Made by a program: the position numbers and the translations under genes. DNA of 55,367 nucleotides from a virus. The stretch is from the IMG/VR virus record IMGVR_UViG_3300020169_000001. One strand, written 5' to 3'. Below the pieces are notes generated by a model. The model did not search any database and was not told the origin of the DNA. It worked only from the letters and a program-made list of their open reading frames with translations. How positions within the stretch are numbered: the stretch's first letter is position 1; the number at the start of each line of letters is the position of its first letter. Below are positions 8,352-17,845 of this stretch, one piece after another.

Positions 8352-10316
8352 ATGCTTGGCTTTTCCCCATTAGCTGCTGCCCCACTTGCAGATGATGGGG
8401 CCATTGGTGTTGCATACTCTATAGTTGCAGCCAATGGTAGCCTTGCATTTACGGGCCAAGACGCTACATTAAACTCTGTACGTATTGTAGATGTAGATCA
8501 CGGTAGCTTTACTCTTACTGGTGTAACCCTAACTAACCTGTCTGTACAAGATAACTTCTTGGCTAACACAGGTGTCTTTACTACTACAGGACAAAACGTA
8601 GAGTTTACTGAGAGTAAGTCTCTAGCCGTAGATGCAGGTACGTTTAGCCTCACGGGCCAAGACACAGCACTTAACATTAGTACAGTAGAGCAAGTTACTA
8701 CTGGTAGCTTTACACTTACGGGTCAAGATGCAGAGTTTACTGAGAGTAAATCCCTATCCGTAGATGTAGGTACATTTAGCCTCACGGTTCAAGACACAGC
8801 ACTTAACATTAGTACAGTAGAGCAAGTTACTACTGGTAGCTTTACACTTACTGGCCAAGATTCTACACTAAACTCTGTACGTAGTGTAGATGTAACTCAC
8901 AATAGCTTTACTCTTACAGGCCAAGATTCTATACTAAGCTCTGTACGTAGTGTAGATGTAGATCACGGTAGCTTTACTCTTACTGGCCAAGATTCTACAC
9001 TAAACTCTGTACGTAGTGTAGATGTAGATCACGGTAGCTTTACTCTTACTGGCATTACTCTAACTAACCTGTCTGTACAAGATAACTTCTTGGCTAACAC
9101 AGGTGTCTTTACTACTACAGGACAAAACGTAGAGTTTACTGAGAGTAAATCCCTATCCGTAGATGTAGGTACATTTACTACTACAGGTCAAGACTCTGTA
9201 TTAAATGTTGATATAGTAGAACAAGTTACTACTGGTAGCTTTACTCTTACGGGTCAAGACACAGCACTTAACATTAATAGTGTTCTGTCTGCAGATGCAG
9301 GCACATTTACTGCTACAACACAGGCTGCAGATAATCTTATCAGAGGTCAAATACTTACAGCCAATACTGGTTTGTTTAGCCTTACAGGTCAAGACAGTGT
9401 AAGTAGCATAGAATACCCTGTCGATTTAAGTACACTTGCACTAGTTGGACAGGCTTCTGTATTTAGTATTACATTCCCTGCAGGTGTAGGTTCCTTTACT
9501 TCTACACTACAAGATGCTACACCTAATTCTGTACGTAGTGTTGATGTAACTTCTGGTAGCTTTACCTTAGCTGGACAAGACGCTAGTGTATCTGCACAAC
9601 TTAATGTAGTAGCAGACGCAGGTACATTTACTTTCACAGGTAAGACTGCAAATGTTAATATACAGCTAAACGTAACAGCAGATCAGGGTAGCTTTACAAG
9701 CACAGGTCAGGACGTTGATCTAGTACGAGCTATCGGTGCAGCCACAGGAAGCTTTACACTTACAGGTCAAGATACAGACTTTACTAAGTCAATTAACTTG
9801 TATCCAGAAGCTGGTGTATTTACACTAGAGGGTCAAGAGATTGACAGAGGAATATCTGAGGCAGCGCAGGTTGGCTCCTTTGTTCTAACAGGTCAAGCTG
9901 CTACACTAGAGTATCTACCCGGTATTATACCTGATGCCGTTACTTTCAGTACTACTGGACAAGTTGCTGTATTTAATATTAACAATACTGCAGGTAATGG
10001 TACATATACTTACAGTGGTCAAGACATAGGTATAGGTACAGCTACACCTATCACAATAGATGGCTTGACAGCAAATACAAATAACGTTACAATAAGTGAG
10101 AACGTTAATAACTACAATGCTGAAGACTACTCTACGGGTAGAGTATTTTACCTAAGAGTACAAGACAACAGAGATAAAGTATACGTAACTACAACAAACA
10201 ACACTGTATATATTATACCTGAAAATAATAACAACACAGTTCATATACAACCTGAATCACGCACAGTGACTATAGCACCTCAAGACAACAGAACATCTGT
10301 TTATATAGCAGCGTAA
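8352..10316 (+). CDS. repeat-rich fibre-like protein (22-aa GSFTLTGQD... units)
   Basis: 654 aa dominated by (G/N)SFTLTGQD(S/T)(T/A)LNSVRSVDV(D/T)H-type 22-residue repeats. The C-terminus has VY(V/I)... repeats. Confidence 0.55.
   Translation: MLGFSPLAAAPLADDGAIGVAYSIVAANGSLAFTGQDATLNSVRIVDVDHGSFTLTGVTLTNLSVQDNFLANTGVFTTTGQNVEFTESKSLAVDAGTFSLTGQDTALNISTVEQVTTGSFTLTGQDAEFTESKSLSVDVGTFSLTVQDTALNISTVEQVTTGSFTLTGQDSTLNSVRSVDVTHNSFTLTGQDSILSSVRSVDVDHGSFTLTGQDSTLNSVRSVDVDHGSFTLTGITLTNLSVQDNFLANTGVFTTTGQNVEFTESKSLSVDVGTFTTTGQDSVLNVDIVEQVTTGSFTLTGQDTALNINSVLSADAGTFTATTQAADNLIRGQILTANTGLFSLTGQDSVSSIEYPVDLSTLALVGQASVFSITFPAGVGSFTSTLQDATPNSVRSVDVTSGSFTLAGQDASVSAQLNVVADAGTFTFTGKTANVNIQLNVTADQGSFTSTGQDVDLVRAIGAATGSFTLTGQDTDFTKSINLYPEAGVFTLEGQEIDRGISEAAQVGSFVLTGQAATLEYLPGIIPDAVTFSTTGQVAVFNINNTAGNGTYTYSGQDIGIGTATPITIDGLTANTNNVTISENVNNYNAEDYSTGRVFYLRVQDNRDKVYVTTTNNTVYIIPENNNNTVHIQPESRTVTIAPQDNRTSVYIAA
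8440..9560 (+). repeat. intragenic 66-bp tandem repeats plus a ~175-bp long-range duplication (8470-8645 vs 9001-9176)
   Basis: Read directly. The two long copies differ at only a few positions. A second pair lies at about 8638-8720 and 8770-8852. Confidence 0.8.
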
Positions 10317-10325
10317 GGAATACTT

Positions 10326-10643
10326 ATGTCATACAAATGGCCCGACAAAGACAAAGATGAAGTAGTGGATTACAGTGTAGACTGGTCACGCTTCTTAGGT
10401 ACAGACACTATCTCTGCTGCTATTTGGTTTATATATGATTCAGATGGTACTAAAGAAGAGGTATCCGATGCTGAGACGGTGAATGGATTACAGTTTGTTC
10501 AGGGTACTATTTCTAATCAAGTATCTACAGCAAGGTTTGGGTTAGGTACAAATAACACCCGTTACACTATTGGCTGTAAGATTACAACTGCTGATGGTCT
10601 TACGTATGAACGTTCTATCTTCCTACGTATTAAGGAGAAGTAA
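10326..10643 (+). CDS. small conserved virion-module protein
   Basis: 105 aa. The KDKDEVVDYSVDWSRFLG.DTIS motif is recalled from tail modules of podoviruses and prophages. Function is unknown. Confidence 0.4.
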   Translation: MSYKWPDKDKDEVVDYSVDWSRFLGTDTISAAIWFIYDSDGTKEEVSDAETVNGLQFVQGTISNQVSTARFGLGTNNTRYTIGCKITTADGLTYERSIFLRIKEK

Positions 10644-10646
10644 GAC

Positions 10647-11336
10647 ATGGCATATGATTATATCAGCCTAGTAAATGACATTAACCGTAGACTTAATGAA
10701 GTAGAACTTACTAGCTCTAACTTTATTACCGCCACAGGTTATTATAGCTTTGCTAAGGATGCAGTAAATGCTTCTATCCGTCACATTAATCAAGAAGAAT
10801 TTGAGTGGCCTTGGAATCATGTAGAGGAAACTGAGGTGCTTGTAGCTGGTGAAGTTCGCTACAGTATGCCATACGATGCTAAGACTGTTAATATGAATAC
10901 GTTTCGTATTAAGCGTAACGCAGACTTAAACGTTGAAACTGTCAAGTTAAAGATATTGTCATATGAAGAATACCTTGACAAATATGCAGATTCAGAGTAT
11001 AACTCTAGTACGAACAATAGATCTACACCCACTCACGTAGTACGTACACCCAGCCGTGAACTTATCTTTTACCCTAATCCAGACAAAGCATACGAAGTAG
11101 TGTATGAATACTACGCTTTAGGCTATGACTTAGAAAGTGCTACAGACGTACCTAACTTACCTGAGCAGTATCGTTATGTTATTATAGATGGTGCTATGTA
11201 CTACGTATATCAGTTCCGTGGTGACATGCAGGCAGCACAATTAGCACTACAAAAGTTTGAGCAAGGCATTAAACAATTACGTAGTTTACACATTAATCGC
11301 ACTGAATACCTGCGAGACACGAGAGTATATTACTAA
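10647..11336 (+). CDS. tail tubular protein A / adaptor-like (T7 gp11 position)
   Basis: 229 aa, immediately upstream of and overlapping (ATGA-type junction) a 543-aa gene. The call is positional. Confidence 0.45.
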   Translation: MAYDYISLVNDINRRLNEVELTSSNFITATGYYSFAKDAVNASIRHINQEEFEWPWNHVEETEVLVAGEVRYSMPYDAKTVNMNTFRIKRNADLNVETVKLKILSYEEYLDKYADSEYNSSTNNRSTPTHVVRTPSRELIFYPNPDKAYEVVYEYYALGYDLESATDVPNLPEQYRYVIIDGAMYYVYQFRGDMQAAQLALQKFEQGIKQLRSLHINRTEYLRDTRVYY

Positions 11337-12967
11337 TGGCTACACAGTGGCAGACATTCCCTATTGAGTTTAGAGGTGGTCTCATCTCTAACCTTAGCCC
11401 TTTACAACAGGGTAGTAATGCTGTGGGTTCTGCTACTATCTTGCAGAACTTTGAGTCTAGCAAAGAGGGTGGCTACTCTAAGATCAAAGGCTTTGAGAAG
11501 TTCAGCACTACAGCTGTACCTGGGTCTGGCCCTATACTAGCACTGAAAGTGATAAGCTCGGGGCGTATTGTTGTAGCTAGACAGAATGCTTCTAACGTAA
11601 CAGAGTACTACTACGGTACAGGTACTACGTGGACATCCCTGCTGGATGTAGATGGTATTACCACCTCCGGCATTAGACCTTTGCTTGGTGGTAAGGCTAA
11701 GCATGTTCTATATAACCTAAACGGTAGTGATAAAGTTATCTTTGTAGATAGTAATAACTACCCTGCTACGTACAACACATCAGGAAATACTTTCACACCT
11801 ATTACAGGCAGCACAGACGTATTAGGTGCAGAGAATGTAGCAGTGTTTAAGGATACAGCATTCTACGCCAAGGGTAACAACCTATACTTTACTGCACCCT
11901 TTACTGTAGATGACTTTAGTGCAGCCAATGGCGCTGGATCTATTAACGTAGCTAATGAGATAACAGGTCTAGCTGTCTTCCGTGACCAGCTTATAGTCTT
12001 TACTACTGATAGCATTAAACGCATAACAGGTAACACCGCAGCAGACTTTCAGGTAGCACCTATTACAGACCGTATTGGCTGTGTTAATGGTGACACTATT
12101 CAGGAAGTTGGTGGTGACATTATGTACCTTGCTCCTGATGGTATCCGCTTGCTGAGTGCTACGGATCGTATTGGTGACTTTGGTTTGGATATTGCTTCTG
12201 ATCCTATAGCTAAGGATGCTACCACGTTCCTTGGCAGTACGCCTAACTTCTGTTCTGTACTTATGAGAGAGAAAGCTCAGTATCGTATCTTTGCTTATAT
12301 TGAGTCAGAACAACATGAAGCAGCTAAAGGCTTAATCGCTACTAAGTTTGTGTCACAGGGTGCATCTGGTATTAGCTGGTCTACTACGTATGGTATAAAA
12401 GCTTTTGTAGCAGACAGTAAATACTCAGGTACAGCTGAGACTGTTGCCTTCGCTAACACAGACGGTTATGTGTACGAGTTAGACACAGGATCAGGCTTTG
12501 ATGGGCTACCTATTGAGGCTATCTACGAGTCACCCTATATGCCTCTGTCTGATCCTCAGGTGCGTAAGTCATTCTACAAGATGACACTATATGCAGAACC
12601 TACTGGCAGTATGTCTCTGGATCTTAATGTTAAGTATGACTTTGGTTCATCTACAAACACAGGTGTTATACAACCCGCTACACAGAGCGTAGAAAGTACG
12701 GGTACATCTGTATTCATATTTGGGGAATCTAGTTCTAACTTTGCACAAGCAGACTCTAATGATGCAACACAGGTAGATACATCTTGGCCTCTTTACGATT
12801 CTACTAAATCCTATGCTACATACGGCGGTGAGTTAGACAAGATCTACAACACAAATATTATTGGCTCAGGTAAGACTATAGCCCTTCGTATTGAAGACAA
12901 TTCCACAAACCCTACATTCACTCTAGACACAGCCCTGCTAGAGTTTAGACAGAACGATAGACAGTAA
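11336..12967 (+). CDS. tail tubular protein B / nozzle-like (T7 gp12 position)
   Basis: 543 aa, beta-rich, paired with the preceding gene. The call is positional. Confidence 0.45.
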   Translation: MATQWQTFPIEFRGGLISNLSPLQQGSNAVGSATILQNFESSKEGGYSKIKGFEKFSTTAVPGSGPILALKVISSGRIVVARQNASNVTEYYYGTGTTWTSLLDVDGITTSGIRPLLGGKAKHVLYNLNGSDKVIFVDSNNYPATYNTSGNTFTPITGSTDVLGAENVAVFKDTAFYAKGNNLYFTAPFTVDDFSAANGAGSINVANEITGLAVFRDQLIVFTTDSIKRITGNTAADFQVAPITDRIGCVNGDTIQEVGGDIMYLAPDGIRLLSATDRIGDFGLDIASDPIAKDATTFLGSTPNFCSVLMREKAQYRIFAYIESEQHEAAKGLIATKFVSQGASGISWSTTYGIKAFVADSKYSGTAETVAFANTDGYVYELDTGSGFDGLPIEAIYESPYMPLSDPQVRKSFYKMTLYAEPTGSMSLDLNVKYDFGSSTNTGVIQPATQSVESTGTSVFIFGESSSNFAQADSNDATQVDTSWPLYDSTKSYATYGGELDKIYNTNIIGSGKTIALRIEDNSTNPTFTLDTALLEFRQNDRQ

Positions 12968-12977
12968 GGACTAAAAC

Positions 12978-14393
12978 ATGGCAGGTTATACACGTCAGGA
13001 TACAGCAAACAACATTGCTAACGGTAACGTTATTGATGCTGATGACTTTGATAATGAGTACAATGCCATTGAGGCAGGGTTTAACGCATCTACTGGTCAC
13101 AAACATGACGGTACTGCAGGTGAAGGTGCGCCCATCACTAAGGTAGGCCCAAGCCAAGACCTTGTGGTGTCAGGTACTGCTCTTACGCCTAAGACTACTA
13201 ACACTCTGGACTTAGGTACAGCCTCTGTACAATATAAGAATGCTTGGTTTGATGGTACTGTAGACACAGATGCCTTAACTGTATCAGCTAATGCTACAGT
13301 AGGTGGTACTCTTGGTGTTACAGGTATTATAACAGCTACAGGCGGTGTTACTGGTAATGTAACAGGTAATGTAACAGGTACAGTATCTGACGTATCTAAC
13401 CATGACACAGATGACATCAGTGAAGGCTCAACTAACCAGTACTTTACTACTGCTCGTGCTAGATCTTCTGTGTCAGCTACGGGTAGCCTTAACTACAACT
13501 CAGGTACAGGCGTTATTAGTTTTACACAAGGTAATACAGACACTGTAGCAGAAGGCACAACTAACCTATACTACACAGATGCACGTGCTAAGGCTGCTAT
13601 TAGTGTCACTGACGCTGGTGGTGACGGTAGCTTAACTTACTCTGCTGGTGCTATTACATACACTGGCCCTAGTGCAGCTGAAACACGTGCTCACTTTAGT
13701 GGTGGTACAGGCGTAAGCATTACAAATGGTGTTGTAGCTATAGGTCAGGCTGTAGGTACTACATCTAATGTTACGTTTAACGACACTGTAGTTAATGGCA
13801 ACCTAACCGTAAACGGGACTACTACCACCGTAAACACTGAGACACTCAACCTTGCAGATAACCAGATTGTTCTCAACTCTAATGAGACAGGCACACCCAC
13901 ACAGAATGGTGGCATTGAGATTGAGCGTGGTACAGCTGCTAACAAAACACTTGTATGGAACGAAGCAGACGATAAGTGGACGGTAGGCAGTGAGACATTT
14001 GTAGCAGGTACTTTTGAGGGTGCTTTATCAGGCACTTTAGCCACACCAAGAACGATTGCATTATCTGGAGATGTTTCAGGATCTGCCTCGTTTGATGGTG
14101 GTAGCAATGTTACTATCTCTGCGACAGTTGCTGATGATAGTCACAACCACGTTATTAGCAACATTGACGGCTTACAAACAGAGATCGACACTAAAGCAGA
14201 ACTAGCAGGATCAGGCTCTCAGGCTTTCTCTGCTTCTACTCTTAATGCTACTACTGTAGATCTTGGTGATTGGACGGTCACACAGAGCGGCACAGATTTA
14301 AAGTTTGCATACAATGGCATTAACCGAATGAAGTTAGATTCCAGTGGAAACCTAACAGTTGAAGGCAACATCACAGCTTATGGATCTGCGTAA
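12978..14393 (+). CDS. tail fibre protein
   Basis: N-terminal NEYNAIEAGFN...HKHDGTAGEGAPI motif. Two EG(S/T)TN(Q/L)Y(F/Y)T(T/D)ARA repeats. A VTGNVTGNVTG tract. The C-terminus GDWTVTQSGTDLKFAYNG...GNLTVEGNITAY is typical of fibre tips. Confidence 0.65.
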   Translation: MAGYTRQDTANNIANGNVIDADDFDNEYNAIEAGFNASTGHKHDGTAGEGAPITKVGPSQDLVVSGTALTPKTTNTLDLGTASVQYKNAWFDGTVDTDALTVSANATVGGTLGVTGIITATGGVTGNVTGNVTGTVSDVSNHDTDDISEGSTNQYFTTARARSSVSATGSLNYNSGTGVISFTQGNTDTVAEGTTNLYYTDARAKAAISVTDAGGDGSLTYSAGAITYTGPSAAETRAHFSGGTGVSITNGVVAIGQAVGTTSNVTFNDTVVNGNLTVNGTTTTVNTETLNLADNQIVLNSNETGTPTQNGGIEIERGTAANKTLVWNEADDKWTVGSETFVAGTFEGALSGTLATPRTIALSGDVSGSASFDGGSNVTISATVADDSHNHVISNIDGLQTEIDTKAELAGSGSQAFSASTLNATTVDLGDWTVTQSGTDLKFAYNGINRMKLDSSGNLTVEGNITAYGSA

Positions 14394-15451
14394 TGGCTTT
14401 ACAATCGTCAGGATTAATTACTTTAGCTCAGATACAGGCTGAGTTTGGGGGTGCTAATCCCATAAGCCTGTCTGAGTATTATCGTGGTGGTGCCTACACT
14501 ACGACTAACAATACAGGTGTTCCTACAAGCGGTTCTATCTCTCTTAGTAATTTCTACGGCACAGTAGCTCAGTTCTCTTATACGTTCAGCTCTAGTACAC
14601 AAGAAGTAAACCTTTATTCTACCCTTACTTCTGCAGGCTGGAATGGGTCAGATCTTGTACTTGTCACGATTAATAGTGGAGTTTACCTCTGGTCTAACAA
14701 CACATCTACAGCTGGTCTAACCATAAGTGGCAGCTTTCCTAATGGCCTAAATATCTTCAATAGCGGTAGAATAATAGGTCGAGGTGGCAACGGGTCCAGT
14801 AGCACTTCCGCTGGGGGTAATGGTGGGCCAGCAATATCCGTATCATCCTCAGGTGTAGCTATCACTAACAACTCCGGTGCCTACATAGCAGGTGGAGGTG
14901 GCGGTGGCGGCACTGCTGGGGGTTATCGCCAATCATACTCAGGCGGCGGCGGTGGAGCTGGTGGCGGTGTAGGTGGTAATAGCCGTGCAGCAGATGGAGG
15001 TCTTATCGGTATTGGCGGCGCAGGCGGTGCGATTGGTGCATCTGGTAGCGCTGGCACTTCCAATGGCGGCGGTGCCGCTGGTGGCGGTGGCGGATCAGGT
15101 GGCGGCGGTGGCGCTGGACAAGACTTTGGTTCAGGCACAAACGAGGTCAGAGGCGGTCCAGGTGGCGGCGGTGGTCGCATCTTGCCGGGTACTGGCGGTT
15201 CTGGCTCTAACGGCGGCTATGGCTGTCTAGGTGGCGCTGGCGGTTCTTCTAGCGGCACTGGTGTAGCTGGCACCGCTCCTTATGCTGGATCAGGTGGCGG
15301 CGGTGGCGGCGGCGGGGGCTGGGGCGCTAGTGGTGGCCGTGGTAACGGTCTGAGCCATTTGTGGGAAAGCGTAGGCGGTGCAGGTGGTGCAGCAATTACC
15401 GGAACAGCAATCAGCTTGACCAATAACGGCACTATATACGGTAGCACGTAA
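14393..15451 (+). CDS. glycine-rich fibre-like protein
   Basis: The N-terminus ITLAQIQAEFGG.NPISLSEYYRGG......TGVPTSGSISLSNFYG is a conserved phage/virus N-domain. It is followed by about 200 aa of poly-G/A/S. Confidence 0.55.
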   Translation: MALQSSGLITLAQIQAEFGGANPISLSEYYRGGAYTTTNNTGVPTSGSISLSNFYGTVAQFSYTFSSSTQEVNLYSTLTSAGWNGSDLVLVTINSGVYLWSNNTSTAGLTISGSFPNGLNIFNSGRIIGRGGNGSSSTSAGGNGGPAISVSSSGVAITNNSGAYIAGGGGGGGTAGGYRQSYSGGGGGAGGGVGGNSRAADGGLIGIGGAGGAIGASGSAGTSNGGGAAGGGGGSGGGGGAGQDFGSGTNEVRGGPGGGGGRILPGTGGSGSNGGYGCLGGAGGSSSGTGVAGTAPYAGSGGGGGGGGGWGASGGRGNGLSHLWESVGGAGGAAITGTAISLTNNGTIYGST

Positions 15452-15708
15452 TGACACAGATAAACTTGACACCAGAAGAGCTAGAAGCAATGCTAGACAG
15501 GGCTGCAAGACGTGGAGCTAAGCAGGCTCTGTCAGCTATAGGCTTGCATGATACTAATGCAGCCAAAGACATCAACGAAATGCGAGACCTATTAGAGGTA
15601 TGGCGTGATACACGTAAAGGTATCTGGACTACATTTGTAAAGGTAACAACAATCGCAATTATAACATTCATAGCTGGTGCAGTATGGATGCAGTTAGGGA
15701 ATAAGTAA
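15451..15708 (+). CDS. small membrane protein (holin candidate or virion membrane-active protein)
   Basis: 85 aa with a single C-terminal TM segment (WTTFVKVTTIAIITFIAGAVWM). Confidence 0.35.
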   Translation: MTQINLTPEELEAMLDRAARRGAKQALSAIGLHDTNAAKDINEMRDLLEVWRDTRKGIWTTFVKVTTIAIITFIAGAVWMQLGNK

Positions 15709-15710
15709 TT

Positions 15711-17807
15711 ATGGCTAAGAAGTTTGCAGGGTTCACACCAGAACAGATGGGTAAGATTATACCTGAAATGCAGGGTATGCAGGCTGATGAACAAGCTGCT
15801 TACTTAGCGTCACAGCCTGGTGCTGCTGCTCGTGTCGGTAAGATGGCAGAGGTAGCGCAGAAGCGTATTGGTATGGCTTACGGTGGCATGGCTACTAAGA
15901 AGGGTTATGCAGTAGGTGGTTTTACCCCAGCACTGCAGGACTTGGATGTAGCTAAGTCTCAAGTAGTGACATCAAACAAAGCTCTGCAGGATGCCCTTGC
16001 TGCACAAAAAGCTAATCCTCAAGATAAAGCTCTAGTAGATGCTGTAAATCAAGCACAGACTGCGTTAAACGCTTCTGGTTCCCAGCTAACTCAAGCACAG
16101 AATATATATAAAAATGTAGGTGTGCCCAGCGCTACAGAGATTAAAGGTGCTGCTGCTACAGCTCCTAGCAGGATTGTAACTAAAGCAGATACAGCTACAG
16201 TGTCAGCCACGGATAAGGCTGCGGGTGAGATTGACCCTACTACAGGTCAACTTACTGGTGATGCAGCTACTGCAGCCTTAACTAAGGCAGGCATTGCTCC
16301 TGAGGTTACAGCACCAGTAGCAAAAGAGGCTGCTGTGTATGAGCCTGTAGAAGCTACTGCAGGTGTCGGCGTTGTAATGGATCGTCTTACTGCAGCAACA
16401 GGTAAACCTAGTGAAGAAGCTCTTGCTGAAGCTGCTCAGATGTCACCAGAAGATTTAGCCTCTTTAGGTCTATCTGTAGAGCAGATCCAAAAAGCTCGTA
16501 CAGTTATTGCTCCTGACGCACGTGTCGTACAAGAAGGTGAGATGATTGAAGGCTCTACTGTTGACATGGAACGTGTCAAGAAAGAGACTAACTTTGAAGC
16601 TGCTACAGGCGCTCCTTCTACAGATGCTACAGTACAGGGTCAGCTTACTGGCTTGATGGAGCAGTTTGAGGGTAGTGAGCCTCCTGCATGGGCAGCTGGT
16701 GCTATGCGTAATGCTGCTGCACAGATGGCTGCACGTGGGTTGTCTGCTTCCTCTATGGCTGGTCAAGCTATGATACAGTCAGCTATGGAGAGTGCGCTTC
16801 CTATTGCACAGATTGACTCTGCTACCTTTGCTAAGTTTGAAGCCCAGAACCTGAGCAATAAGCAACAGGCTGCTATGTTTGCTGCAGAGAAACGTGCTGA
16901 GTTTCTTGGGTTAGAGTTTAACCAAGAGTTTCAAACTCGTGTATCTAACGCTGCTAAGATCTCAGACATTGCCAACATGAACTTTACTGCAGACCAACAG
17001 ATTGCACTAGAGAATGCTCGTATGGCACAGACTGTAGACCTTACTAACTTAAATGCTACTAATGCTAAGATTATGGCTGATGCAGCTGCTCTTAATAACG
17101 TAGACATCACTAACCTAAACAATCGCCAGTCCTCTGCAGTACAAAACGCTCAAGCATTTCTACAGATGGACATGACTAACCTAGCTAACGAGCAGCAGAC
17201 ATCTGTATTCAAGGCACAACAGCTTGCTAATACATTGCTATCAGATACAGCAGCAGCCAACGCATCTAAGCAGTTTAACGCTACAAGTCAGAACCAGACA
17301 GACCAGTTCTTCTCTAGTCTTGCTGCTAACGTTGCTCTGCATAACAATGAGCAGATCAATAACATGAACCGCTTTAATGCTGGTGAGGCTAACTCTATTG
17401 ACCAGTTCAATGCTACTGCCAGAGAAGCACGTAACCAGTTCAACTCTACAAACGCTTTAGTTATTGCACAGGCTAACGCTGCATGGTCTCAGTCTATCAC
17501 TACTGCAGCCACTGCAGCACAGAACCAGAATAACCGTGATGCAGCTATGTCATCTAACGAGTTCACTATGGCAGCATACAATGCTATTGTACAGGAAGAG
17601 CGTGACTTAGTTAGCTTCGTATTTAATGCAGCACAGAAACAACTGGATCGTGATGCAAGTATTACACTTCAGTCTATGCAGAATGAATCCCAGAGACTTA
17701 GTGACCAAGCTAACATTGATGTAGCTGGCGGTACAGGTTTTGGTCAGATTGTCGGTGCTCTAGGCCCAACCATTCTTAAAGGTGTGTTTGGTGGCAACTG
17801 GAGCTGA
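15711..17807 (+). CDS. internal virion / ejection protein (Q/N/A-rich)
   Basis: 698 aa. N-terminal MAYGGMATKKGYAVGG motif and a long A/Q/N-rich helical body. The call rests on position among large virion genes. Confidence 0.45.
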   Translation: MAKKFAGFTPEQMGKIIPEMQGMQADEQAAYLASQPGAAARVGKMAEVAQKRIGMAYGGMATKKGYAVGGFTPALQDLDVAKSQVVTSNKALQDALAAQKANPQDKALVDAVNQAQTALNASGSQLTQAQNIYKNVGVPSATEIKGAAATAPSRIVTKADTATVSATDKAAGEIDPTTGQLTGDAATAALTKAGIAPEVTAPVAKEAAVYEPVEATAGVGVVMDRLTAATGKPSEEALAEAAQMSPEDLASLGLSVEQIQKARTVIAPDARVVQEGEMIEGSTVDMERVKKETNFEAATGAPSTDATVQGQLTGLMEQFEGSEPPAWAAGAMRNAAAQMAARGLSASSMAGQAMIQSAMESALPIAQIDSATFAKFEAQNLSNKQQAAMFAAEKRAEFLGLEFNQEFQTRVSNAAKISDIANMNFTADQQIALENARMAQTVDLTNLNATNAKIMADAAALNNVDITNLNNRQSSAVQNAQAFLQMDMTNLANEQQTSVFKAQQLANTLLSDTAAANASKQFNATSQNQTDQFFSSLAANVALHNNEQINNMNRFNAGEANSIDQFNATAREARNQFNSTNALVIAQANAAWSQSITTAATAAQNQNNRDAAMSSNEFTMAAYNAIVQEERDLVSFVFNAAQKQLDRDASITLQSMQNESQRLSDQANIDVAGGTGFGQIVGALGPTILKGVFGGNWS

Positions 17808-17845
17808 TAAAAGCATACTATTTTATAACAGCAGGAATAACACTA

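Noticed and set aside
8440-9560. Regularly spaced direct repeats that superficially resemble a CRISPR array
   Set aside because: The repeats are in-frame 66-bp coding units of one long ORF, the sequences between them are themselves repeated, and there are no cas genes.
14923-15230. Proline-rich (minus) and Ala/Val-rich (plus, other frame) ORFs
   Set aside because: They are frame and strand shadows of the GGN-repeat region of the glycine-rich fibre gene.
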